A DNA stretch of 64,000 bases from a virus. The notes under the pieces were generated by a model, which was given only the letters and a program-made list of their open reading frames with translations, was not told the DNA's origin and ran no database searches. Each line of letters begins with the position of its first letter. The first letter of the stretch is position 1. Location of the stretch: the IMG/VR virus record IMGVR_UViG_3300044971_004534. One strand, given 5' to 3'. This document shows, piece by piece, positions 44,173-52,957 of this stretch. Position numbers and translations under genes: made by a program.

Positions 44173-44412
44173 ATGAACCAGATTGAGTCCATGCGTAAGA
44201 TGTTATCGTCAAAACAGCAGGTGTGGGTTCGTCATAATGCAAAGGGAAGAGCTCCACACCAGTCTAGGGCGCGTCTACTAGAGCTTCATGATACATATGC
44301 TATCATTAAGCCAATCAAGCACGGTGGTCGTATTGAAAAAGTCCCGGTAAATACGATAAAACTATGGCATAGCATGAATAATAAAATTGGTAATCGCAAT
44401 GAAAAGATATAG
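44173..44412 (+). CDS. hypothetical small basic protein
   Basis: ORF 'MNQIESMRKMLSSKQQVWVRH...'. Start is uncertain (the track gives 44122). Confidence 0.4.
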   Translation: MNQIESMRKMLSSKQQVWVRHNAKGRAPHQSRARLLELHDTYAIIKPIKHGGRIEKVPVNTIKLWHSMNNKIGNRNEKI

Positions 44413-45268
44413 CCCTTGGGTATTTTTCAATAAGTCAGCAAAAATATCTGAATCGAATTTAGAATTAAATACATGGAAAAATGCTTTTAGTAGATATGTA
44501 ACCACTTACATTATTGATGAAGACAAGGGTAAATTTGATAACGACAACATAGAGTCTTCAATATCTAATATATTAAGGTATTCAGGAGTAGATACTCCAT
44601 CCTTTTTATGTTCTTTACATTTTGGAGAATCTCTTTTTCCAAAAGAGTCTTTTAATTTTTTACGGAATTATGGTTTAAAAAGAATCTTAGTTTTAACAAG
44701 CGAAGGAATCACAGAAGGCATATATAAAGAAATATCTCTTGGTTTTTTTGACTTCATATTGATAGATTCTGTAAGTGAGCATTTTGGCATGAAAAGCATA
44801 ATTCATGATATAAATCCATTTATGGAAGTTAGGGTGTATGATAACTTAAAAGTAAATGTAACAACTGATCAAGAACATGAATGGAAAATAATTGTAGATA
44901 AAACGGACAGTAATGATGTCGTATTAAAAAATCAAATTAAGAATATGAGTGCATTGGGCATGAATGGTTCGCTAGACAGTGTGTCTGAGATTGATATTTC
45001 AAAGCCGATTAATGGATGGATAGTTCTGCCTCAAATGGCAGATAGAATTATGACTATGAAAAAAGCAGTAGTTCTTAACGAAAGTGGAGAACGTGTTTTT
45101 GTGCCTACAGAAGTTTATAATAACATAAATTGCTGCATAGCGTATAATTCATTGCAAGATATAAAAAATTGGTCGATAAATGACAGAAGAGAAATGAATA
45201 AGACATTTAAATGTTCTGATATTTCAGATTTTGGAATAAAAATGCTTTCTATAATTCATGGGAGTTAA
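44399..45268 (+). CDS. hypothetical protein (about 289 aa)
   Basis: Long AT-rich ORF. First ATG is at 44399 (the track uses TTG at 44387). Confidence 0.6.
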   Translation: MKRYSPWVFFNKSAKISESNLELNTWKNAFSRYVTTYIIDEDKGKFDNDNIESSISNILRYSGVDTPSFLCSLHFGESLFPKESFNFLRNYGLKRILVLTSEGITEGIYKEISLGFFDFILIDSVSEHFGMKSIIHDINPFMEVRVYDNLKVNVTTDQEHEWKIIVDKTDSNDVVLKNQIKNMSALGMNGSLDSVSEIDISKPINGWIVLPQMADRIMTMKKAVVLNESGERVFVPTEVYNNINCCIAYNSLQDIKNWSINDRREMNKTFKCSDISDFGIKMLSIIHGS

Positions 45269-45269
45269 T

Positions 45270-46163
45270 ATGAGAGAAATTATATGGTCAGTTTGTAGTG
45301 GAGATTCCTGTCTTGCTTTGCAGGGTTTTGTTCGCTCATTAAGAGCTGCTGGTAATCAAAATGAATTTATCGCTTGGTCTGATTTTGATATTGCTGGGGC
45401 AACAAGCATACCGCTTGACGCTTCCATAAAGTTTGACCCGAATGGCATGTGGAAATTTGATTATTTGAATAAATTGCATGAAATGTACCCTGATGCGATA
45501 CTTTCTTATTTTGGTGCTCATCACTACATGATTTATAACTTTGCACAATCATTTAATGACTTTATGGGCAATGAGCAATGTGTATCATTTTTAGAATCTA
45601 ATCTTATGGGAGACAACTTGCAAAGAAACAGCTGGAACGAAGTGAATGTGCTTCAATTTTCTGATGCTGTTAGAAGTTTTGGGAATCTTTCAAGTAGTTG
45701 TTATAATTTGAATGCAAATCACTTTTTTGTCAAACCAGATTTTGTAAAAGATTTTTATCAAATGACAAAAATGGCTTCTGAACATTTAAGAAAAAGAAAC
45801 ATCAAAATCAATGATGAAATGGTGCTTTCTGTAATTATGAACACAAGCATGCAAGATAAAGAAAAATATTTGCTTTCTAGCAACACTAATTTTTATGGAA
45901 TGGACATCACTGGAGTTTTCTCTGAAAAATTACCAGACGGAACTGAGTGGACCTCAGAAGAATATTTTACAGGCATCAAGAGCCAGGTAAATCCTAAATT
46001 AGTATTTTGTCCTCTCAATAGGCATAATCTAAAAAACTTGGGCAGACAACATCTTGGAAAAAGAATATCAAATGCCGTTGTTGGTCAACCAGTGAACAAA
46101 GGCTGCGGTGCTTGTCAAAGATCAAAGCCTCAGCTTAAAGAGGGTGAGCAGGTCAATTCTTAG
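45270..46163 (+). CDS. hypothetical protein ending in a GCGAC-basic motif
   Basis: The ATG at 45270 is preceded by GGGAG and lies 1 nt after the upstream stop (the track gives 45258). C-terminus is '...NKGCGACQRSKPQ...'. Confidence 0.6.
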   Translation: MREIIWSVCSGDSCLALQGFVRSLRAAGNQNEFIAWSDFDIAGATSIPLDASIKFDPNGMWKFDYLNKLHEMYPDAILSYFGAHHYMIYNFAQSFNDFMGNEQCVSFLESNLMGDNLQRNSWNEVNVLQFSDAVRSFGNLSSSCYNLNANHFFVKPDFVKDFYQMTKMASEHLRKRNIKINDEMVLSVIMNTSMQDKEKYLLSSNTNFYGMDITGVFSEKLPDGTEWTSEEYFTGIKSQVNPKLVFCPLNRHNLKNLGRQHLGKRISNAVVGQPVNKGCGACQRSKPQLKEGEQVNS

Positions 46164-46197
46164 TATATAATATTACCTTATGACAGGAGTAAATAAA

Positions 46198-46557
46198 ATG
46201 ATAATAAAAAGTTTTTTAACCATACAAAATCAGCTTCGCATTCTTCACTGGCAGACAACTTCTTATGCAGAGCATAAGGCGTTGGGCAATGCCTATGAAG
46301 ACCTTGATGGTCTAGTTGATTCATTTGTAGAAGTTTTTGCTGGTTCTGACAGATCTATATTAGAGGTAGGTTCTTTTGAGTGCAAGTGTCACTCAATAGA
46401 TTCCGTTACCCCACTTGACTTCATGAACAGTGTTGAGAAATTCATATCTGAAAGTCTTTCAGACGCTATTCCAGAAGAAAGAACTGATTTGCACAACATC
46501 AAGGATGAGATGTTGGCTTTAGTTAACAAAACAAAATACTTGCTTAACCTGAAATAA
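46198..46557 (+). CDS. Dps/ferritin-like four-helix-bundle protein (putative)
   Basis: 'LRILHWQTTSYAEHKALGNAYEDLDGLVDSFVEVFAG' resembles the Dps 'HW.V.G..F..LH..FEE.Y..L....D..AER' pattern. AGGAG 8 nt upstream of the ATG at 46198. Confidence 0.45.
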   Translation: MIIKSFLTIQNQLRILHWQTTSYAEHKALGNAYEDLDGLVDSFVEVFAGSDRSILEVGSFECKCHSIDSVTPLDFMNSVEKFISESLSDAIPEERTDLHNIKDEMLALVNKTKYLLNLK

Positions 46558-46610
46558 TTTATGTGTAAAGAAAAAGAAGATAAAGAAAATTTTCCAAGAG
46601 ATTTTGCTAT

Positions 46611-46644
46611 TCCTGTCATCGACAAGTGCTCGTCGGATATAGAT
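46611..46644 (+). promoter_or_regulatory. candidate promoter (TCCTGTCA-N16-GGATATAGAT) 11 nt upstream of tRNA-Ser
   Basis: Read directly. Spacing to the mature tRNA 5' end fits a transcription start just upstream of the tRNA. Confidence 0.4.
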
Positions 46645-46655
46645 ATAGAAGACTA

Positions 46656-46742
46656 GGACAGATGTCCGAGTGGTTGAAGGAGCAGCATTGGAAATGCTGT
46701 GTACGGGAAACCGTACCGTGGGTTCGAATCCCACTCTGTCCG
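46656..46742 (+). tRNA. tRNA-Ser (anticodon GGA), class II with long variable arm
   Basis: Hand-folded. Acceptor GGACAGA/TCTGTCC. D arm TCC-GAGTGGTTGAA-GGA. Anticodon stem CAGCA/TGCTG with loop TTGGAAA. Variable arm GTACGG-GAAA-CCGTAC. T arm GTGGG-TTCGAAT-CCCAC. Discriminator G. Confidence 0.9.
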
Positions 46743-46755
46743 TTGAAGGAGTTTT

Positions 46756-46947
46756 ATGAGCAAGAAGAAGATCACCGCATTGGCAAGTTTAGAAGTACAT
46801 TGGGTTGACAAAGCAGATTACTTCAACAAGGATGAGGCTTTCTTTTTGCCCATACCAGACGAAATTATAAACCATCTGGAATGGAAAGATGGAGACGAGC
46901 TCGTTCTTGACATTAAAGATGGCAAAATTGTAATTAATAAAAAATAA
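46756..46947 (+). CDS. AbrB/MazE/SpoVT-like DNA-binding protein (63 aa)
   Basis: 'LPIPDEIINHLEWKDGDELVLDIKDGKIVI' matches the swapped-hairpin pattern 'IPKEI...LGL..GD.L......G.I.L'. GGAG upstream. Confidence 0.5.
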   Translation: MSKKKITALASLEVHWVDKADYFNKDEAFFLPIPDEIINHLEWKDGDELVLDIKDGKIVINKK

Positions 46948-46978
46948 GGTACATTCATGCTATTATAGAATTAATGGT

Positions 46979-47305
46979 ATGCGCAGGTTATTTTATTTAT
47001 TAGATAATTTAATAAAAACAGCATCAACATCTCACTCTGTATCTAGATTTCACTCAGCTGTTTTAAAAGCTGGTAAATCTAATTCGTCTAGAAAAAGCCT
47101 TGAGATAAAGTTGCATCACAGACAGGCTTCTGGTAAAGTAACTGTGGATGTTTACGAGTACACTAAATCTGGTCACAAACATAGGCGTTATGAGCTTGAA
47201 AATATATCAAAGCCTATGTTCGCAAAGCTTGAAAAAATGATATCTTCCGGTAGTTGGGGAATGTTCTTTGCCGTTGTGAACAAGCACAGGATACAAGAAG
47301 ACTAA
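46979..47305 (+). CDS. hypothetical basic protein (108 aa)
   Basis: ORF with no recognised motif. Its stop overlaps the convergent SNF2 stop (CTAA). Confidence 0.45.
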   Translation: MRRLFYLLDNLIKTASTSHSVSRFHSAVLKAGKSNSSRKSLEIKLHHRQASGKVTVDVYEYTKSGHKHRRYELENISKPMFAKLEKMISSGSWGMFFAVVNKHRIQED

Positions 47306-49812
47306 ATTTCAGCCAATGCATCTGGTGCAGTTCCAAATGTATTTCTTCTTAGTGCACTCATATGTTTGAGAGCATTCCATTTTTCTTGTCTAATTCTTGC
47401 AATCTGCTCTCTGGCATCAACTGCCGTTGATGTGGCAGCTTTCTTCTCTGCTTCAGTGAGGTTCTGTATCTTTTCTGCTATCTTTTTCTTTTCCTGAAGT
47501 AGATTGTAGAACTTTCTGTCTAAGGTGTTGTCAGCAATCATATATGTGACGTTGATAGATTTTTTAGAGCTGATACGATAGAACCTACCCAAAGACTGGT
47601 CGTCGTCGCTTGGAGACCAGTCAAAGTCATTGACAATTACATCTGTTAATATGTTTGGAAAGTCAAGACCTGTACCTCCCGCATCTATACTTATCACAAT
47701 CGCCATATAATCAGATAGTGGCGATTTGAATTCAGATATAAGAGATTGTCTTTCTGTTCTGTTTTGCCCACCATAAATGGCAGCTGCTTTTTTATTTTTT
47801 CCTGGATACATAGATTGCAGTTCTAAGTTTAGCTGTCTTTGTATTTCTTTCAGAGAATCGGAATGTGCGGTAAATATACCAACTTTATGCCCCTGTTCCA
47901 TAATAGAAATAGCTAAAGCTACCGTATTCGGAACTTTGCTCATAGCAATTTTTTCTCTTATTTTGCTCATTTCTTGAGCAGTTGGTCTTTCTTTATTTTT
48001 TACTCCCTGTAAAACACTTTCAATTTCGTCAGAAGACAAAGATATTGGGCTTTCATTAATATTCATATCAGGTATATTTGGATTGACTTCTTTCTTACTT
48101 CTTCTTATGTAGACGCCTTGGTCTGTAAGCAAGTCTCTAATCATATCTGCTTTTTGAAAACTTTCATCCTCATCATCAGAAGATTCAAAGCGCTTTTTGA
48201 ATTCAGCATAATCCATATTTCCAAGTCCATGATTAATGGCTTGTAGCTGATTTAGCAAGTCTCTTGGCTTATTCGCAACGATAGTAGCAGAAGCCCCCCA
48301 TACGAATGGAATGTGCTTAGTTACCTCTTGTACATTGAAGGTTCTATGGCTATTTTTATGTTTTAAGAAACCATTTGCGTTTTTGTTTTCTGGATTTCCA
48401 TTTTTAACCATATGGATTTCATCTAATATGCATACTTTGAATTTTCCATTTTTTGCATAATTTATTAATGTTTCTGTCACCACTTCTCTTAACGGCTTTG
48501 CAGATCCGTCAGATGTCGCAACAGCAGAATCTTCTTCAAAAAGCTGATAGGGCAAAACTGTCCATTTAGATGGTGCTTGCCAATTTTCAGATATATCAGC
48601 ATCAGAAGCTCCTGTGATTTTCTGGATTTCTACAACAAGTTGTGGTACCACAGCATTTTTAGTTATAATAAGACATCCAGGACCACTTTTGGACATTCTA
48701 ATATCAGCTGCAACTATACATTGAATAGTTTTTCCTACACCTACTTCATCTCCTAGTAAAGCACTTTGTCTTGAATATAAGAACTGTATGCCCTTTACTT
48801 GTGCTGGGAAAAACTTTTTATCTTCTTCTGGAATATCTAAATGCCTGAAGAACATTTTTTCATATTGTGAAACGAGTTCTAAAAATTCCTTATTGGTTTT
48901 GAATCCATCTAATTGTCCGTCTATTCTGGTTTTCTGTATTTTCTTTTTTCTGGCGAGTTCGTCTATCAAGGCCCCCATTGCTGTTGTATTGAAATTGTTT
49001 TTCTCAAGCATGGTTTGTAAAGACTTTAATTCTCTGTAGTCGCATCTTAAGTAATAAGTAGTTCTCATGCTGTTTTTTATCACAGCTACTTTATATTGTG
49101 GTTCGTTATTGTTTGCACTATCTGTCTTGTTTGGGAAAAGAAAAGATATTACATTATCCATTTCTTGTGCAACTACGGATGGATCTCTGCTCCCCTGATT
49201 TGCAGTTATTTTCATAATCCAGTTTGGATAATCTGAAACTTCAGCAAGAACCATGGGATTTACATATCCTTCTCTATCCTCAGGTGCATTATTTACAATT
49301 GGAGTCAATGGCGATACGTCAAACCTGCTTGCCAGAAGAGCATTAACAAATTGTCTTATCAGATTTCTTGTAACACTAGATATAATGTATGTATTGTCTC
49401 CAACTGGAGCAACTTTATTCTCAAATATTCTTTTAACTATACTGTAAAATATTGCACTAAACTTGTCGGTACCGGTGCTTCTATCTTGCGTCTTGATAGT
49501 CAAGTCTCCAAATTTATCAAAAGACACTACTTTTATAATTGTGTCTTCATTATTTCTAGTGGACTGAGGAACATCAAATACTGTGGTATCATGTGATCGT
49601 AGGCCAATCTCTGTCAGTATGTTTTCTACTGCCATCTTATATTGAAAATTAGATTGCATAGTCTTTCTTGATCCAAATGAGGTAGTCATGATCAATGGTA
49701 TTTTTGCAGCTGCAGCTTTATGAGCAAATCTGCAAAATTCGTCTGGAGCAACCCCAATAAGGGTTATGAAAAGATTTCCCAATCTGTCGATATTAAATGT
49801 GTACGTACTCAT
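47302..49812 (-). CDS. SNF2-family helicase/translocase with an N-terminal extension of about 330 aa
   Basis: Motif I 'LLGDEVGVGKTIQCI', motif II 'CILDEIHMVKN', motif III 'WGASATIVANKPRDL', motifs V/VI 'DAGGTGLDFPN...VNDFDWSPSDDDQSLGRFYRISS'. Confidence 0.85.
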   Translation of the reverse strand: MSTYTFNIDRLGNLFITLIGVAPDEFCRFAHKAAAAKIPLIMTTSFGSRKTMQSNFQYKMAVENILTEIGLRSHDTTVFDVPQSTRNNEDTIIKVVSFDKFGDLTIKTQDRSTGTDKFSAIFYSIVKRIFENKVAPVGDNTYIISSVTRNLIRQFVNALLASRFDVSPLTPIVNNAPEDREGYVNPMVLAEVSDYPNWIMKITANQGSRDPSVVAQEMDNVISFLFPNKTDSANNNEPQYKVAVIKNSMRTTYYLRCDYRELKSLQTMLEKNNFNTTAMGALIDELARKKKIQKTRIDGQLDGFKTNKEFLELVSQYEKMFFRHLDIPEEDKKFFPAQVKGIQFLYSRQSALLGDEVGVGKTIQCIVAADIRMSKSGPGCLIITKNAVVPQLVVEIQKITGASDADISENWQAPSKWTVLPYQLFEEDSAVATSDGSAKPLREVVTETLINYAKNGKFKVCILDEIHMVKNGNPENKNANGFLKHKNSHRTFNVQEVTKHIPFVWGASATIVANKPRDLLNQLQAINHGLGNMDYAEFKKRFESSDDEDESFQKADMIRDLLTDQGVYIRRSKKEVNPNIPDMNINESPISLSSDEIESVLQGVKNKERPTAQEMSKIREKIAMSKVPNTVALAISIMEQGHKVGIFTAHSDSLKEIQRQLNLELQSMYPGKNKKAAAIYGGQNRTERQSLISEFKSPLSDYMAIVISIDAGGTGLDFPNILTDVIVNDFDWSPSDDDQSLGRFYRISSKKSINVTYMIADNTLDRKFYNLLQEKKKIAEKIQNLTEAEKKAATSTAVDAREQIARIRQEKWNALKHMSALRRNTFGTAPDALAEI

Positions 49813-49841
49813 TATTTATATTTTTCGAGGACTTTCGGTCC

Positions 49842-50600
49842 ATGACCTCCATATTTACCATATTAACTGCAAGCTATAACAATATTTCGTATCTTGAACA
49901 ATGGATGAACAGTATTTTATTACAAGATTACAGGCCTTTACGTGTTTCTTTCGTTGATGACTGCAGCACAGACGGGACAGATCAAAATTTTCATAAATAT
50001 GCTCAAAAATTGGCCAACAAAGACATACAAGTAGAATACGTAAAAAACAGCAAAAGACTTTTTTATGGAAATTGCTTAAAGGTTGCTTACGACATGTCTA
50101 AAGGCGATTTTTTTGGCTCTCTTGATGCTGATGATGGATTAACCCCAGATGCGGTATCTTCGGTCATGGAACAATATAATAAATATCCTCATATTGGGTA
50201 TGTGTATACTCAGTTCAAAATGTGTGATATTCATTTGAATCCAATTAAGCGAGGATTTAGTTCATGTCCTCCACATGGTAGCAGTCTATTAAACGAAGGT
50301 AAGCGCAATAAGCATTGCTATAGTCATTTTAGAACTTTTTCTAATAGAATAGAAAGATTGGAAAAAATATGGGCAAAAGACCTTAAATGTGCGGTGGATA
50401 AATATATGGGATATAGGCTAGAGGAGCTTGCTGACGGCTTATTCCTTGATAGGGAATGCTACCTGTGGAGGACGGGCAGAAAAGACTCTATAGGGCATAC
50501 AGAGCCATCTAGGGCGCAATGGACTAAAGTTATGATGGAAGCCCGTAAGAGAAGAGCAATGTGGAAACTTAGTCCTAGACCTATTTTACATATAAAATGA
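49842..50600 (+). CDS. family 2 glycosyltransferase
   Basis: 'FTILTASYNNISYLEQWMNSILLQDYRPLRVSFVDDCSTDGT' and the DxD motif 'SLDADDG'. The ATG at 49842 is preferred over the track start at 49797, which overlaps the SNF2 gene. Confidence 0.85.
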   Translation: MTSIFTILTASYNNISYLEQWMNSILLQDYRPLRVSFVDDCSTDGTDQNFHKYAQKLANKDIQVEYVKNSKRLFYGNCLKVAYDMSKGDFFGSLDADDGLTPDAVSSVMEQYNKYPHIGYVYTQFKMCDIHLNPIKRGFSSCPPHGSSLLNEGKRNKHCYSHFRTFSNRIERLEKIWAKDLKCAVDKYMGYRLEELADGLFLDRECYLWRTGRKDSIGHTEPSRAQWTKVMMEARKRRAMWKLSPRPILHIK

Positions 50601-52957
50601 AGATTTCTGTTATAACTACACTTTTTAATTATAAGTGTTATATTTTAGAGTGCGTTAAGAGTGTAATATCTCAGGATTTTACAGATCTTGAAATGATTAT
50701 CGTAGATGACGGTTCTTCTGATGGTGGACCAGAATATGTAGAAAGAAAATTTCAAAACGATCCAAGAGTAAAATTAGTTCGTCTATCTAAAAATTATGGA
50801 TATTCTGTTGCTAAAAATGTTGGCATAGCTATGTCTAGCGGAGATTTTATATGTATGCTTGATGCTGACGACATGTTAATGCCAAGCTCCCTGTCCAAGC
50901 GTTATAATAAAATAAAAGAAGGTTTTGACCTGGTTCATGGTTGGGCGTATAATTTTTCAAAAAATAGAAGATGGGAAAATGAATTAAGAAAAAAATGGAT
51001 TGATAATAAAAAGCCAGTTTACCAATGGAAGAATATACATCCGCAATGTGTTCTTTTAAGAAAAAACATTCACAATCTAGTTGGTCTTTATGATGAAGAC
51101 TTAAGATGTAAAAGTGATAGAGAGATGTGGGCTAGAATATACAATCATGGGTTTAAGATAGGATTTATTGACGAACCAGTTGCTCTTTACAGGCAGCATG
51201 GTGATCAAATGCATAAGAGTCCTTGGAAAATAAAGAATAACAAAAGGTTGAGTAGCGAGCTTCTCAGTCTTGTCGAAATAAGAAAGACTGATTTGTCGGA
51301 ATGCAAAATATTATCTAATTATAATTGGAAAGAAAAAATATTGAGTAAGCAAAAATTAAATAATACAGATGCGGAACCTATTGCTAGAGAAAATCCAGCT
51401 GATCTTTATCCAGAAGAGTTTTTTTCAAAGAGGACAAAAGATAAGCACAATTGGGGTGTCGCGATGGGGAAATATTTAGCAATGAAACTTGGCTCTTCTT
51501 CCATGATAGATTGGGGCTGCGGAATAGGCTCGCTTATATCTGGAGCAAAAGAGCAGGGTGTCAATAAAGTGTTGGGGATTGAGGTGGGTTATGAGGCGGC
51601 AAAGCCTTATTTGGTTGAAAATATAAAGCAAGATGTAATGTACGGAAATGCTGCTGAAAAGAGTGATTTTGGCAAATTTGACACTGCAGTATCGGTAGAG
51701 GTTGCAGAACACCTTTTACCAGAACAAGCAGACATGTTTTGTGAAAATATTGCCAATAGCTCTTCTCGCATGATAGTGATTACTGCGGCAAGACCAGGAC
51801 AAGAGGGTGTTTATCATTTTAATTGTCAGCCAAAAGAGTATTGGATAAATAAAATACAAAAATTTGGTTTCTTATACAGATCAGATCTATCTGAAAAAAT
51901 ATCAAAAGGATGGAAAGACAATGTGCCAGGAATACCTTCCTATCTTACGCAGAACGTAATGGTGTTCAAGATAGATAGTAAATGCCCCGAAGACATAAAA
52001 AAAAAGATAAGCAATAAGTTTTTAGCTCAAGATTCAATTAGAATAAGTTTTGACTTACCAGACAATGACTCAAGTGGTAAACATAAGTTTTTTCAAAGAG
52101 TAAGAGAAAACATATCTGATTTTGGTTGTAAGATTGTCAGTTCGCATGAAAAATCAGACATACATTTTTACATCAATAATCCTAATAAAAAATCAATAGT
52201 CAACATAAAAAGACTCGATGGCGTATACTTTGACGGAACTCATGGTACAAAAGTTAGAAATGCTGGCATATTGCATTCTATGAAAGTTTCTGATGGAATA
52301 ATATACCAGAGCAAGTATTGCAAAGATTACGCTTGTAAGATACTTAATTTTAATTCAAATAAGCCTAATGCAATAATATACAATGGATGTGATCCTAGAG
52401 AATTTTTAGTAGAGCCAAAGGACATAGGTTTTCCATACTTTTTAGCTTTATGTAAATGGCGTAGACATAAAAGGCTAAAAGAGTCAGTGGATGGCTTCCT
52501 GAGGGCTGAAATAAACGGAGTAAAGCTAGTTGTTTGTGGTCCACCAGACTATCATGTTTCCCATCCAAGTATAATATATGCTGGAGATTTGCATAGAGAA
52601 GAATTAGCTAGATATATTGCTGGCTGTATTGGTACTGTTCATCTTGCATGGATAGATTGGTGTCCAAATTCAGTAGTAGAGAGCGTAGTGGCTGGCAAGC
52701 AGGTTATTCACACTAATTCTGGAGGCACATCAGAGATAGTAAAACATAGAGGTTACATCGTAAATGATAAAGTTTGGCATGGAGAGCAGGCAAGTCCAAA
52801 AAATCCACCAGACATTAGTATTGATGAAGTTGCAAATGCTTACATAAACAGTTATAAAAATCCAATTTCAAATTTTGAGTATGACGATCTTTTGATATCA
52901 AATTCTTCTAAAAAATATGTAGAGTTTGGAATTTCGGTTTTGAGGAATAAAAAATGA
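50597..52957 (+). CDS. trifunctional fusion: GT2 glycosyltransferase, class I SAM methyltransferase and GT4 (group 1) glycosyltransferase
   Basis: N-terminus 'ISVITTLFNY...IIVDDGSSDG...MLDADD'. Middle 'MIDWGCGIGSLISGA...SVEVAEHL'. C-terminus '...NSVVESVVAGKQVIHTNSGGTSEIV'. Confidence 0.8.
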   Translation: MKISVITTLFNYKCYILECVKSVISQDFTDLEMIIVDDGSSDGGPEYVERKFQNDPRVKLVRLSKNYGYSVAKNVGIAMSSGDFICMLDADDMLMPSSLSKRYNKIKEGFDLVHGWAYNFSKNRRWENELRKKWIDNKKPVYQWKNIHPQCVLLRKNIHNLVGLYDEDLRCKSDREMWARIYNHGFKIGFIDEPVALYRQHGDQMHKSPWKIKNNKRLSSELLSLVEIRKTDLSECKILSNYNWKEKILSKQKLNNTDAEPIARENPADLYPEEFFSKRTKDKHNWGVAMGKYLAMKLGSSSMIDWGCGIGSLISGAKEQGVNKVLGIEVGYEAAKPYLVENIKQDVMYGNAAEKSDFGKFDTAVSVEVAEHLLPEQADMFCENIANSSSRMIVITAARPGQEGVYHFNCQPKEYWINKIQKFGFLYRSDLSEKISKGWKDNVPGIPSYLTQNVMVFKIDSKCPEDIKKKISNKFLAQDSIRISFDLPDNDSSGKHKFFQRVRENISDFGCKIVSSHEKSDIHFYINNPNKKSIVNIKRLDGVYFDGTHGTKVRNAGILHSMKVSDGIIYQSKYCKDYACKILNFNSNKPNAIIYNGCDPREFLVEPKDIGFPYFLALCKWRRHKRLKESVDGFLRAEINGVKLVVCGPPDYHVSHPSIIYAGDLHREELARYIAGCIGTVHLAWIDWCPNSVVESVVAGKQVIHTNSGGTSEIVKHRGYIVNDKVWHGEQASPKNPPDISIDEVANAYINSYKNPISNFEYDDLLISNSSKKYVEFGISVLRNKK

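Noticed and set aside
46656-46742. tRNA genes as integration (att) sites marking prophage or island borders
   Set aside because: No integrase or recombinase gene was seen near either tRNA, and I noticed no direct repeat of the tRNA 3' end. Both tRNAs sit inside the densely packed gene array.
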